A stretch of 64,000 nucleotides of DNA from Phoronis australis. Its lineage: Eukaryota > Animalia > Phoronida. This document shows positions 1 through 13,284 of the stretch, piece by piece. The notes beneath the pieces were generated by a model. That model was not told where the DNA came from. It was given only the letters and a program-made list of their open reading frames with translations, and ran no database searches. Position numbers and translations under genes: made by a program. Numbering within the stretch: the first letter of the stretch is position 1; each line of letters begins with the position of its first letter. Location: assembly GCA_002633005.1 (NCBI GenBank), contig NMRA01000233.1, positions 124,001-188,000 of the forward strand. The letters are read 5' to 3'.

Positions 1-1461
1 CTGGTTTCACTTCATTATTAGTTTTTAATATTTTAATACCAGCAAATTTTGCTGCTTCAAAGCTGTCATCATCTCCCGAGAGATGTCGCAAAACTTTAGG
101 AAATGGCGCGTGCGCGTGTCACGAGCATACTGTTGTGAAAATGATGAAATACTCTCCCTTGTTACAAGAAACGGAAAATTACGCAAGAAAATGACGTTTA
201 TTAGATTGTTCTTCACTTAAACTGGTGTAACTGGCAAGGTGATTGTCGGTTGGCTTCAAAATTTTGCACGCACCTTCGCCGGCCTTTAGCTCTACTTGTT
301 GAAACTAGTTTTCCCGGCGAGGTGACGAGCAGAACTACCCTGACTGTGTGCACTTTCAAGGTCTGCCATAGCTCATCACACAGTGGTACCTAGCTAGGCT
401 GTATTTTGACAATAGTCTTCATACAGCTAGGTGGCTGACTGGCTACGCAAGACGATACGTCATCCAACATAGTAACTACATTTTAATTAAATTGCATGCT
501 GCCGGTTTTCTCCTTTTTGCCTTCTCTTGTTTTTCTCATAATCTGCGTAATTGTTCTTTTTTTCCGCCATAGTTTACTTAGAAGGGGGGGGACGTGAACT
601 TTCTCTAAAAACGTCACATGGTTCTGCTTGACAAATGAAAATGAGCCCACCCAAGACGATAGCAGGTGCGCTAGTCGTGCACAACTCAACATGCGTATCA
701 CGATTCTGCCTTGTGTGTGGACTAGAACAGTTTTCAAGGGTTGGGGTACTCATTTTCTTGCTAGGGGCCACACCGAGTAATATTGGGCTGTACTGTACTG
801 CTAAATCACATGGCTGGACCAAAACAGAAAAAAAGCCTATGCACCTGGAAATCTTACGGCAGCACCAAATAGACTATATAATCAATCTAGCTAAAAATTG
901 CAATATTTTATTTTGCTGATAACGATAATATAGGGACAATCAATGTATTTACATGTGATTTCAATGTTATTATTTATTAAGTAATCTTAGCTAAAAGTAC
1001 ACTGTACAATAAGAAATCAGTTCCAAGAAATATGGCAATTCACTTGTGAGCACATGGACCCTCCTTTCCCCCCTTTTTCTTCATTTCTAGTAATTCCTTT
1101 GTACACAACCACACACTGTGACATTTTGTATACAGTAGACAAGACACAACGGTGAACATCTACTGAATCGGTAGGAGCTCACTGTGTTGATGTTTTTTAC
1201 TGCCTTAGCATCGAGACGCGGATCAAAATTAACCTTAAAAACAGCTTAGAGAAGAGATGATTTATTTATTTTCACCTGGGAAATAATAAAAGCGTTTATT
1301 GCGCTCTGGAAATTCGCTCGCCACCTGGGCGACTGACAAGTGAACTTCACAATTTTTACTCGCATTGGCGACGGGGCGAGTGGCTAAGTATATTCCTGCT
1401 CACTGTTCAATACCATTATAAAAACAATTTGTCATTTAGAAGCTTATCTTAATACTTTCAG

Positions 1462-1520
1462 GCATGTGAGTTATCCGGCCAAACGCGATCAACTTTCCTA
1501 ACAGTATCAAGTGCTGATGG
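1462..1520 (+). CDS. AMBRA1: AMBRA1 coding exon (first in window; start-codon exon is upstream of the window)
   Basis: tttcag|gca...gatgg|gtgag; translates ACELSGQTRSTFLTVSSADG, matching the human AMBRA1 segment VELPDSPRSTFLLAFSPD as recalled; phase 0 to 2. Confidence 0.9.
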
Positions 1521-2033
1521 GTGAGTTAGATCACAGTTGCATATCTTCATTATGGTTATTTAAATAAGACATTGTTTTTTATTTTTGGATTTTATGTTTT
1601 GGATTTTGAAACACCTGGAATTATTTTGTTTGTGGGAACTGTGAGTAAATGTTATTGTGTTTTAATCATTTCATCTTCAAATGCTTAACCGTATCATTGT
1701 ATTTATTTAAAATCATTGCATTAGTCTGACATCACAATGCACAGTCTGTAGCCTTCAAAATTAAAGTATGCTATTAATTAAAAGTTAGTTTTGCCTAAAA
1801 ATAGTGGTAAAAATTGTGAGATTTCTTTTTATCAAAGCAAGTTATCCTGTTTCATAAAACATGTCCAGTTTATTTAAAAATGGCATTTTAAACAGTGCCT
1901 GCCTATAATTAAACAAAATTTCCTTTGGTTTTTAATTTTAGGAAGTAGAATTCCTTTTTTGTCCATCAAGATGTGGGTGAGATAGACCAATAATCGGAAT
2001 GTTGAAAACGAACATCTTTCTGTTCCTTTACAG

Positions 2034-2217
2034 CACGCGGCTGGCCTCACTTCATGGGGACCACAGCGTGCGCGTCACCGAGGTGTCCACTGGGAAGTGC
2101 ACACACATACTGACCGGTCACCCACGGACCCCCTGGTGCGCCGAGTTTCACCCATCATCCAACTCCATTCTGGCTACAGGCTGCCTAGGAGGAGAAGTGC
2201 GGATATGGGACCTCCAC
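2034..2217 (+). CDS. AMBRA1: AMBRA1 exon, N-terminal WD40 repeats
   Basis: ttacag|c...cac|gtaagt; [40 protein letters not shown]...[13 protein letters not shown], the AMBRA1 GHxRTPWC...GEVRIWDLH signature. Confidence 0.97.
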
Positions 2218-3441
2218 GTAAGTTTGGGTGGGGATAGCTGTGTCGTTTTGGGAATTTGTGGAGTTGTTTTAATATGTTGACAAAGACTTATAATTGTAAG
2301 TATGGGAAATATCTGGAATATTACTGGAAACTCATCAGATATAAGGCCATCCCTAGAATTGATTAAGTTTCAAATGAACACCTGATTGAATAGCTCAAAA
2401 ATCCACCAGTCAAGGAGCACTTACGTCACTGCAAGAACACGACACAAACTACAATGTCTTGATAATTAAGTTCTAATACTGAAAAAGATAGATCTTGAGA
2501 GTTGGTTGTTTGTTTCTGGAGAACTTCGTGAACATTTTGTGGGAGGCAACACCAACTACTCTGGGAACTTCAGGGTGTTTTTGATTTGCAAATATGTCTC
2601 TTTGAAGGGTGCTTAGACTGGACCAACCAGTCAGAAAACTCCAAACCCAAGTAGGGTCAGTGCAGCAGCTGGAGTCGGGCAAACGAAGCAATGGATTTGA
2701 TCAGAAATACATAACATCTTTTAGTCAACACCAAGTACAAATAGTGATGCCTTGATTTGATAATTCAGCTCATTGTCTCTGAATAAAGTGGTGAATTGAT
2801 CACTTTATCTTTGCATTAGAACCTTATGCTGGGCCCTCTTTGCCTAGTTTTGATCAACCTACTGCCTCCTTGTCATAAGTTTGAAATAAATTTAGTATCA
2901 TGTTTGCAATTCTGTGGTGAAATAAAAATGTGTCGCATTGAATGGTTGCTGGGTATCCGGAAGTTGACACAGAAACGATCACCATGTACGGGCTAAACTC
3001 TACATCTGTTTAATGTGTACCTGGTGCGTTCATCTCCGCTGTTTGACTCGTCGTGGTTACGTAGCACATGCTTTCAAAATGGATCAGCACAACCTAACCG
3101 TTAATTACATTTGCTTGTTTATTACGGTGAAGAGATTAATGTGATTGATGCAGCAAACGTGTGTCTTGTCAGAGTAGGCTTTAAAATCTTTTTTGTTTCA
3201 ACTCGACCTTCCTTGATTCGTTTGAGATGGTGGTTTGGTTGGTAGAACATTTTTTCTTTTTTTCCTTGGCGGGTGTGTTCATTTTTGTTGCAAAAATATT
3301 TTGTTTTTTATAAAGCTTTTGTTAGGTTACAAATACAATGGTCAGCTATGCTGTGGCAATGAGTATTGAGTTAAATGCTTGAGCTGGGGGTGCTGAGTCT
3401 GAGATGGTGTACAAATACACATTACGCTACACTTGTTCCAG

Positions 3442-3614
3442 GGATGCGGCAGTGAGGTGTGGCACGTCAGCAATAACACCATCGCCTCCTTGACCTTTCA
3501 CCCCGTTGACCACGTTCTAGTCATCGCCATGATCAACAAGCTGTACTTCTGGGACTGGAGTCAGTCTGAACCGTTCGCTTGTTGCGAGACGTCACAGCCT
3601 CTGGAGAAAGTTAG
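3442..3614 (+). CDS. AMBRA1: AMBRA1 exon, WD40
   Basis: ttccag|gga...gttag|gtgagt; GCGSEVW...IASLTFHP...LYFWDWSQSEPFA...EKVR. Confidence 0.97.
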
Positions 3615-4214
3615 GTGAGTATCTGGCTATCGGTGTTGTCAGTATTGTGTTACCACAGCAATCCCAAGTCGAGCCTTCTTCATTCTCATGAATACAATGT
3701 ACGTAACCAAAAGCCTAACCATAATGTTATTCAGAAATCAGAATTGTTTCACGTAATTTATGACACTACAAAGTTTAGATCTGCTCTCCGAATGTTTGAG
3801 GACAAGTCATTTTGCGCAGCCTGAGGTTTTGTGCTGATGTCATGGTGCACAATTTTTTTGTTAATTGTTAGCCTATGGTATTATTCAAGCCAAAAATATT
3901 CCAACAAAATAACTCGGAATTTCCCGTCCTGAGTGCTGGGAAAAAGCCGGACTGGTCATCATAGTAGTCCTCTGTTATGACTGAGAATGAAAAGGGGAAT
4001 TAACAGAAAAATTTGGAGTGTTCCTAAGTCATTCTGTAATTAGAATTTCACTGCCCAAAGAGCTATTACCAGTCATTTTTGCCGTTAATTAGCAACGATG
4101 AAGGGGGAAATGATATCATGTCTTACTTTTGTCTTGTACTGTATCTTGTATTTATTTATGTTTGAGTATTTTTCTTGTATGAACTGGGACACTATTCTCT
4201 ACTTGTCATAACAG

Positions 4215-4304
4215 GTGGGTGAAGTTTGACCCCCAGGGGAGATACCTGTATACTGGAATCCACAATGTGTCGGAATTGGACACCGATGAATACACTATTG
4301 AGAG
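4215..4304 (+). CDS. AMBRA1: AMBRA1 exon, end of the N-terminal WD40 half
   Basis: taacag|g...gagag|gtaggt; WVKFDPQGRYLYTGIHN (cf. LVRFDPLGHYLLTAIVN); phase 2 to 2. Confidence 0.93.
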
Positions 4305-4595
4305 GTAGGTGAGACTTGTGATCAAGTGGATTGATCGAACCCTCTGTTGTAAACATTGTGTTTCCATCTCAATAAGTCATATCAATTCATATCATTGTAA
4401 CACAGTGCTTTGTAAAAGTACACTTAACCTGCCCACGAGTTTCATATTTACAATGGTTCTTATCTTTTTACAGTTCAGCTGACCTCAACTTGAAAATATT
4501 AGAAAGTGACTTCATTAACTTCTGGTTTCCTGAAACTTTCCAGATTGTTGCCTGTGTGTTTCATTATTTTATTGTTGTGTCTCATCATATTTCAG

Positions 4596-5770
4596 CAGTG
4601 GCCCGAGGCATGAAGATGATTCTCAATCTGGGTTGCATGACCGCTACCAACATCTGATGCGCCGCTATCGCAGAGAGAGGGCGCTCATCCAGCGTGGAAA
4701 CGAATCCAACGGTACTAGCTCCGACTCGGACACGGAAGAAAGCTTGGCTCCGTCAAGAAGTGTACCGGTCTCTAGAGTTAGCGCACGATCTTCAATAAGC
4801 GACAGATTAGACGAACTCAGACGTCAGCGACTCAACAGCACTAGGAGACTAGCATCGTATCGGCGTTACCTGCAGAGAGAAAACGCTCGCACGGCTCGTG
4901 AAGTGCGCGAGATGAGACAGCAATTGTTCCCTAGTTCTCATGCCCATACTGGTAGTGCTGCAGCTGCTGCTGGTCATGAAAACGCTGCCGTATCTCATCA
5001 GCCAACCTCTTCACCCACGCATAGTCTTCAAAGGCCTTTGTCGAGTGTTTCGGACCCGCTGGCGACTAGTGTAAGTCTCTCTGTTGAAAGTGCACGGAGC
5101 AAAATCTCTGCATCTGCATCTGGATCTCAAGAATATTCACCTTCTCGACCCAATCTGTTGGTCACCAATGAACAATTGTCTGCTCTGTCATCGGATGCTC
5201 AGTCATTTCAGGGTTCAGACAGGGCAAGTCCCAGGCATGGGAACACAAATCAGGAACCTTCTCTGGTGCTACAGTCTGGTAGTCGGTCTCAGACGAGATC
5301 TGCCAGGGTTTCTATATTACGATCTCAACTCCACAATAATTTGTCTAGCGTTCATAGTTGCGATGCCAGCAGAGGAATGTGTTCTCAGTGCAGTCGACCT
5401 ACAGCTGAATGTAAGTGTGCTGGACACGCTGACTGCCGCAATGATTCCGACCGATCTGTCCCATCAGTGACTGTACTGCCTTCTACAGCCACAACGCCGT
5501 CACTAGTGTCCACGTCGCCCACTGTTTGGCATGAGGTTGACATGCCAAGCTTTCCCGCTTCTCCGACAAGGAACAGCAGCCGAAATGGTGCAGGTCTAGT
5601 TATCACCGGGAACCAGTCAGAAAGCAATGCAAGGGAGGGGGACCAAAGTGACAGAAGCTTCAGCGAGGGGCACCATTCCTCAGGTAGTAGGGTGAGAGCC
5701 ATGCAGGAGGTCCTTGAACGACAGCGGTGGCGGACAGCCCGAGAAAGTGCATCGCGCAATTCACTGGACG
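4596..5770 (+). CDS. AMBRA1: AMBRA1 large exon encoding a Ser/Arg-rich disordered insert
   Basis: tttcag|c...gacg|gtgaga; 1175 nt open in the frame of ORF 4633-5811; phases match the neighbouring exons. Confidence 0.88.
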
Positions 5771-6515
5771 GTGAGACCTTTTATGTTTTTTATGTTAGTA
5801 TGTTTTGGTAGTAGATGAATTATACCCCGAACAAGTGTCCAGTTGTAGACACTGACAACAGCAGAACACGTAGAGTCAAAATAGATGTTTTATTAATTTT
5901 GGATATTTGAACATACGTTGAATTTTGAGTGCGTTTTACTGTTGTGTGTGTGCGTAGTTGTCTTCACTCTCACAGTTGCTCAGTCGATTAAATTCCATCA
6001 CCAAGTTTTATTCCGTTTTCACGAATGGAGCACAAGATTGTAGATAATGCATCATATTTTCAACATGTCCTCTATTAACTCCTGTATACGATGCTGCAAT
6101 GGTGCAGTCAGTAAATATGTAGTCAATATCTGATTGCGCGAGAGCTATGACTTGACGTCAAAACTGTACGAGGTATTTCTGCCAGCCAGGACCAGGTTTG
6201 TGGTTAGAGTTGATAGCACTGTTTCAAGTGTTTTGTTTAACTTGTGTCATCAACTAACTTCATGGCAGTGAAAGCATCAAGTATGAATGCCACAACTAAG
6301 ATTTTGATTTTGGGTTGGGTATTGAATAACGTTGCGCATGTGCCCCACTCCATATTCATTTGTTATCTAAATATACGAGAAGTTTGGAATGTTAACGGGT
6401 TTGCTTTCCCACTTTCTTGTATAATTATACGCTGAATTAGCCATACACACCACCCTTCTCGTTAAGGTTCCCCGTGCATTACACCTCGCATAGCATCAGC
6501 TTACCCATTTTTTAG

Positions 6516-6696
6516 ATTTACGGCGCCGTTTGACCACTCTGCGCCAGTCCACCAACCAGGCCGTCAACAGTCTGTCGTCAAGACGACCGGGGACCAGTGG
6601 CAGGCATGAGCTGGACACGATCAGCTTCAACAACTCGAGGCTACACCGGATGAGGATGGCGGCACACTATCGCAACTTGTCCTCCCTGATAGAAAG
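6516..6696 (+). CDS. AMBRA1: AMBRA1 exon (disordered region)
   Basis: ttttag|at...gaaag|gtgagt; open frame DLRRRLTTLRQ...YRNLSSLIER; GC-rich island; phase 1 to 2 fits. Confidence 0.85.
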
Positions 6697-6732
6697 GTGA
6701 GTCGCTGGTTGGCCTCAAAACCTCACTTGTAA

Positions 6733-6960
6733 ACTAGGGTTAACTCTCATCAATTTATAACACAATATGGCGGACAAGTGATATTTTTCATGAAAGATAT
6801 GTAGCTTCAAGTTAATGCATTACCCTATTCAAGTTTTGCACCGTAGCGACCATCACAAAAATATTTTGAAAAACTGTGGACATTCGCAACAATGTTAGAA
6901 GATCTGGAAAAACAAAGAAAATTAATTTTGGCAGTTTGACCAAAATTGGTGAAATTTTAC
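6733..6960 (+). repeat. dispersed repeat fragment, homologous in inverted orientation to about 36600-36823
   Basis: aatatggcggacaagtga...aaaatattttgaaaaactgtggacattcgcaacaa aligns with the reverse complement of 36660-36823 (aatatggcagccaagtga...aaaatattttgaaaaattgtggacattcacaacaa). Confidence 0.8.
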
Positions 6961-6973
6961 CATAATTGATACC

Positions 6974-7171
6974 TTTAGTGGTGTGTTTTATATCACGTAA
7001 GTTATCTTACGTATAACTTGGTACATAATACCGCACTTTCAGTGATATGTTTTGTATCGCGTAAGGTGTTATACATATGACTTGGTACATAATACCACAC
7101 TTTCAGTGATATGTTTTGTATCACATAAGGTATGGTACGTATGACTTGGTACATAATACCACAGTTTCAGT
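6974..7171. repeat. 64-bp tandem repeat, about 3 diverged copies
   Basis: cttggtacataatacc recurs at 7017, 7081 and 7145. Confidence 0.9.
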
Positions 7172-8933
7172 AAAGGGTTTAAATCCCACGCATAAGAATG
7201 ACCACAGTCTTTTGAAAATTTACCAAAATTGAGTTCTTCAAATCAATGAGATTTTAACACTTATTGCCCTCTTGTTTTACAAAATTGTGAACTTGTTCGT
7301 ATTGTACGTACTTCAAAGGTACTTTGCTCTCAAATGTGTTTGACAAAAGGAAAAAATGAGATACAGAAAGGGCTTAACTGTCAGGCTGTTTCTTATGTTT
7401 TGACATACATAGCCTAGCTTATAGTGCTTCTGTGCCAAGTGATTGTGGTGTCATAGACGATACGTATGCAAATTAAAACTGTTCTCTGAAAGTGTCTAAT
7501 ATCTGTGAGTCTAATTAAAGTAAATGATTAAGACAACACCAAATAAGGAATCTATATCATAAACAACCCATGTATCAATGGTTTAGATGTGTAAAAATCT
7601 GTCTTACGTGAAGTAACGCCGCCGCCGGGCTGAAAATAAATAATTCTTACCTTTCCCTTTTGCTCTTTTTCTAATTGCGTTTTGGTGGCAAACACGAATG
7701 GTTTAGACAGTGCAAGTGGGAATGTTTTTATGAATGTATGTGAATAAAACAATTTTTGTTGTTGGAGTATTCCGACAGGGAGAATAAAGATGAAAAGACT
7801 GACCCATTGGAGGGTGTTCACAAGAATGTAGTTCTACTGATACTTTGCAGAAAACCTATTGTTGCAGTCGACTTTATCTGCTGACTTATTGTTGGCTTTG
7901 TCTGCTGCAGTGGGAGGTCATGTGACCAATTTCACACCTATACTTTGACATTTTTCAACGTCGAAGTGACATTGATGAGTGTGCAATTACTGATTTATTT
8001 AACAAAGGTTTAGTCTGAAGGTCAAATTTTTAAAAATCATGGTTTGGGTAGTTGTGTACTGGAAGGACAAATTTTTATAGATCAATATAATAATTGACAA
8101 CCAGTGTATTCTGTAAACTCACACTTTGACTTCACTCGCTGTGATGTCATTCCCAGACAGTCGACTCGATCAGAATCTGTGAAGTTATGTGTGTGGTGGG
8201 AATTGTTTTTGTAAATTGAAACAAGTGTTTTTGTCCCGTGCACAGTCTTGAAAAGTCTTTGAATTCAGAGCATTGGTCTTGTGTAGTCCTTGACTTTAAT
8301 TCTGATTGTAAGATGTTGAATTTAGGAATAATTTAAATTGTCTAAATAACTAGGAGTTATATGTATATTTTCAGATACTTTGCACTTTGCTCAAGTTAGG
8401 TTTAATTATTTTTCAGAAATAGTTGTGTGGAATGTAAGGCTAAATTTCTGTCTTAAGTCTTAAAGTGGAATTTACATGCCAAATCCTTTTCTCTGTAATT
8501 GCCTGGCCAAATTGGTTTGAAACACAACATATAGCGATGGTGTGAATCTGGAGTAGGTTGAAAGTAGCCAAATGTTTTTTAAAATGAGTGTTGTGGCAGA
8601 AATGATCCTCCGCAAATCTCTGAACCGTGTCCAGTAAGTATCATGACGTGGTGCTGGGGAATAACAATGGATGATGCAGGCTATATGAGGGCACGACGTA
8701 CGTCATTAGTGCAAAGGTCACTTATTTTCAGAACTTTTTGTTTTCACATTTACAAGTTGTCGATGACTACAACTGCACTTTGTTTAGGGTAGGTTATGTT
8801 AAAATAGCATTGTCGTTTAGTTCCTGCTATACCTGAGCATAAAGCGTCTACTCTTTACCAAACGTACCCCAGAAATATTCTGCTTGTGGTAGCTTCCAAT
8901 TTGTTGCCAAGTCTCACAGACCATTTATTACAG

Positions 8934-9088
8934 ACGGAATGCCCTTCTGCGAGAGAGTCGTGACACACACTCCTGGCAGACACTACAGCGACGCTTCCTT
9001 CACCCAGACTACTCCAGCAGTATCTTTGATGACACCATCAACCGACCTTCAGATGCCCTTCAGTCCGCCATCAACAGAGCCATCGCTG
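8934..9088 (+). CDS. AMBRA1: AMBRA1 exon
   Basis: ttacag|a...gctg|gtagga; ends LQSAINRAIAG (cf. SSVNRVLAG); phase 2 to 1. Confidence 0.9.
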
Positions 9089-9511
9089 GTAGGAACACCA
9101 TGGATTGGGATCTAATTTCCGAATATGAACATATTATTTAATTTTCTCTGTTGTTTCTGTTAGTCAAAGAACAAACATAAAATTGGTGTCAATTATCCTT
9201 TGGTTCCGAATGTCTGAGGTGAGATTTTTTGAAGATTACCGTTTACAGGTTTTAGAATCCTTGAAGCACTGACAGTGGTGTAAACAAACATTTTTGTTAT
9301 TTTTCATTAAATAATAAAACTATGACAGGCTACCATTGTAATGTAGGAGAATTCATGATTTCTGCGAATCTGTTAAATTAATGTTTGCGTGCATTTTGAC
9401 GCGGGTTGATGAATTCTATATCAGGTGCACCTCCTTGCCATCACCAATAAAGTTTTGTAGAGTGAGACATCATGTTCATCGTGTAACTTCATAATTGTTT
9501 TCGAACTTTAG

Positions 9512-9622
9512 GTGCATTTATTGGAAGTGGAGAGGTGGCCGTGGCCAATAACATCCTTAACACAAGTCATCGAATACAGAGGTGGGAATTTGCCGAGTCA
9601 ATTGTTCCTGACATCTCTAATG
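9512..9622 (+). CDS. AMBRA1: AMBRA1 exon, start of the C-terminal WD40 half
   Basis: ctttag|gt...aatg|gtaagc; AFIGSGEVAVANNILNTSHRIQRWEF...PDISN (cf. AVASNIANTTYRLQWWDF...PEISN). Confidence 0.95.
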
Positions 9623-10230
9623 GTAAGCACGAGGTCAAGGTCCATCTCTGCTGTCGAAAGGTCTTCGCCACTTTTTGGACGTGATTCCCCCTTACTGTGC
9701 AAAACATGTAAAACATGACTAAAATACTTTTCATGCGTGGAAATTTTTGTTGGATAAGTAAAAACATTCTCTGGATCATATCATAGATTTTCTTGTTTTC
9801 AACTATTGGCTTCTATTAAGGTGATTTTACCTTTCTATTTTCGGAGACCATTCTTATTATTTCCCCGTTTTTTTTTTTTTTGAGGTCAGCTTCACTATCT
9901 GCCAAAATGCTCTTCTAAGAATCATTGAGAAAATTGACAGGTGCATTGCTACAAACAATAGCACAACTGACCTTGATGTTGGAGGTTCTACTACTGTGAC
10001 GCCCCCTAGTGACCATTTCATCCACAGTTATATCTCCTAGAGAACAGTGTACAAACATGGTACCTGAAACTTTCACATGAATCCGATCTGCTGTCTCTGA
10101 GATGCAATGTTCCGATGATAGCCAAATTTAAGTCCTACATAACTTGAAAAATTAAGTTTTAACAATTCTCTGTACAGAAACAAGAATCTTACTGTTCAGG
10201 TCCTTGAACTCGGAGCTTTTGTTTTTTCAG

Positions 10231-10416
10231 CGAATCTTAATGTGGTCGTGCCATGCTGTAAGATCCATAGTGACGGCAACTGTGCTGTTTCACAAGATGG
10301 CTGCATGATAGCAACGTTCGTGCCTAGTCACCAAGGTTTCCCTGACGACACGATACTCGGAATATTCTCTTTGGAAACGGACACTCTGGGGCAGTGTCTG
10401 TTCACTAAGAAATTTG
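10231..10416 (+). CDS. AMBRA1: AMBRA1 exon, C-terminal WD40
   Basis: tttcag|cg...tttg|gtatgt; NVVVPCCKIHSDGNCAVSQDG...QGFPDDTILGIFSL...LFTKKFG. Confidence 0.96.
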
Positions 10417-11070
10417 GTATGTCATCACATTTACAGTTATGTCTGTATGGTTTTAAGGGTATTAAGCAAAAAATTTGTTTCGTGGCTTTGAGCAACAGCA
10501 TGCAAATTACATGGTCATGAAACTGCCATCACATTTTCATAAATAACTTCACTGATCGTTGTGTTTTATTTAAAAACTTGATTCAGAGCTAATTGTTCTT
10601 TTACGTGTCTGTAATTGTATTTTAATTTTCAAGTGTTCATTAAGTTGATCTTGAATTTGTTTCATAGTTTCATCTGCTTTCTCTGAATAATGTTGAGGTG
10701 ACAATCATAACTGTCTATATTTTCAAAAGCGTACAAAACCACTCCTTGGCAGGCTGTGCCTCACGAAGAATACTCTTCAAAAACAATTTAATTTCCTCTC
10801 CCTGCAGATTTTCTTTGATATGCTGAGCAAAGTTTGAAGGTGCATGCTGGGCGTTATCTCTCCTCCAGTGTACGTTATGCATGCTTTCGAAAATATCAGT
10901 ATTTTTGGAAGGCCCTTAATATGTATTGTAGCAACAGTTTCTTAATACCCAATCAGACTCTATCAGAAGCGACTGATTTAAAGCTTTTAGAATACTTAGT
11001 AACTCAGTATGGTTCTGTAATCAAGGTTTTGCCTTGTGATCACGTATGTTTGCTTCTGTCTGCACTACAG

Positions 11071-11171
11071 GTCCTAATGCTGTGTCGGTCAGCATATCGC
11101 CGTGCAATAACTTTGTGCTTGTGGGTTTGGCCTCTCGACGATCGTCTTGGATGTTCAGCAACTCTAGGCAG
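11071..11171 (+). CDS. AMBRA1: AMBRA1 exon
   Basis: ctacag|gt...cag|gtaagg; GPNAVSVSISPCNNFVLVGLASRR. Confidence 0.96.
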
Positions 11172-11521
11172 GTAAGGTATATCTCCCGGTGCAGTTGCGG
11201 TTGTCCAGAAGTTGGCAGAAGTTAGCGTATTTATGTGCATTTGACTATGAAAATGGAAATACAATGTTTTTTGCCACCTTCTGGCTTAATGTGATGTGTT
11301 GTTAGTTGTTACTGTAATTTTTAATCTTGAGTTTCCTTGGTCACAAGACATTTATCTCTTTGGGGGAAATGGGTGCAAACATCATCATGTGAAAAGTATA
11401 ATAATTCAATTTTTCCCAGTTGATTTGTTCATTTTTCATGAAGAACCTAAGAATCTTACTGAGCACTGAGGGTCTGCCCTCATTTTCTTAACAAATATGA
11501 CGTTACGTTGCATTTTTGCAG

Positions 11522-11578
11522 ATGATTGGTCAGGTTTACCGACTTGAAAAAGAGAATGCTGGGGAAAGCTCCATGAAG
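11522..11578 (+). CDS. AMBRA1: AMBRA1 exon
   Basis: ttgcag|atg...aag|gtaata; MIGQVYRLEKENAGESSMK (cf. MVAQVFRLQQAHGGETSMR). Confidence 0.93.
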
Positions 11579-12718
11579 GTAATACGTGACTCGAAACTGA
11601 CCTGGTGGTGCTAGTGAGACGATAGTCTCGTCTGTATAAATGCATGCTTTCAGATACTTCTGTATGATGACAAACTGCTTTCCGCGCTCGGTCTATTTAG
11701 AAGTTAAAAAGGTGCCTTAATTCATTAGCACCACCTAGTGGACATCAAGTCACCCATTGAGATGGTACTGAAGTGGGCAATAGTTGGATATAACGTGCCC
11801 GTATTTATGCTCGTTATTCAGTGGAGAAATTGGTTCCCAAAATTAGGGCACGTTACATCTGACCATTACCTTTATAGTGCACAGATGTGTAGACTGATAT
11901 TCAACTGCCCTAGGCTGTGTTGTTAGCTTTATGACAAATGAGACACATTACAGCAGTCTCTTCAAATTGGGACACCGAAGCTTGTCATAATTCTTGATGA
12001 CAAGAGAAAGGCATTTGTGCTGGTTCAATTTACCTGTAATAAGGTATATTCAGAAAATTTGATGTTTTAGTAGTTTTTTTAATTGGCTTAAAGAGGCATG
12101 GAATGCAAAAGCTTGTCAAAAATATCTTTAAAACAATTTTTGAGGAAAGTACCATTTCGCAACGTCTAATACAGGGTAATTTACTTTCCCCTGAGAGGAA
12201 ATGTTCAAAAAAAATCACTAAATTCACCATTTTTGAAATACGTGCGAAGGAAAAACTCTTTGTTTATGTTAGCACAGAGTTTCTATTCTCCCTCCCACTT
12301 ACAATGCACATGCACTCAGTTGCTTGAAGTCGCTTGAGATCAAAGGTAACATTTTCCATATAAGGGAAATGTGCTTCATCTATGTCTTGTAATACCAAAT
12401 AAGGATATGTGCTTTGCCTCTTGGGAAAAAAATGATGAAGTGGCAAGCAGTTGACAGGTTGTTGTTTTGAAATTTGAAACTAAAAGAAAATGCTTTGATA
12501 TCAACAGATTGTGAACAAACCCTGAATTCTGTTTCAGTGGCAAATAACCACTTTCAATATTTCAATTTAGCCTGTTTATCGTGTTCCAAGCCTCCTTAAA
12601 ATGTTTGGTTCAGTCATGCAGGAAACTCAGGATAAATGAAGTTGTATTTAAGGAAGATATAGAGTGTCCATGAATAAGCTAAATATGAAAAGTTAACAAT
12701 CATAGTACTCTGCCTGTT

Positions 12719-12836
12719 TTGGAAGTTCTGACTACAATGTCTTGGAAGTTCTGACTACAATGTCTTGGAAGTTCTGACTACAATGTCTTGGAAGTTCTGA
12801 CTACAATGTCTTGGAAGTTCTGACTACATGTCTTGG
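12719..12836. repeat. 23-bp minisatellite, 5 copies
   Basis: unit ttggaagttctgactacaatgtc in head-to-tail copies with no spacers. Confidence 0.97.
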
Positions 12837-13284
12837 CTCTCGGTTGGGATCCATTTCATTACTTTTAAGCCTGTGTGCAATGGCAAGTTCCCAAGATAAT
12901 GTGGTATGTTAAATTACAAAAAAAGATATGAAAGCGCTCCTCGTAAATCCATCTATTGCGCAATTGAACTGTTATGTGTTGAAAACTTACAACTTTTCTG
13001 GAGGTTTTGAGAACTTCCTGTCCGACCATTTCAGTCAACAAGCGTTTGCATGTGTTAGTGACGGCGTGCGTAGCTAGACATTTTTACCATGTACTTCCTG
13101 ACTGCTGAAGACTGTTTGATGTATTTACATGTTCACTTAATTAAACATTGTAGTTCTTCGTATACAGTTGTAATGCCTCATTTGTTTTGCAAACTATGAT
13201 TGACAAGTCAAACACTACACATAATGTAATGTACTCTTCCATTCTTGTCAGTGTCTGTGCCTTGATTGGTCGATGTACTTCTAG

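Noticed and set aside
12719-12836. 23-bp repeats as a CRISPR array (also 29032-29136 and 43721-43956)
   Set aside because: Units are head-to-tail with no unique spacers, no cas genes are present and the context is a eukaryotic intron; these are ordinary minisatellites.
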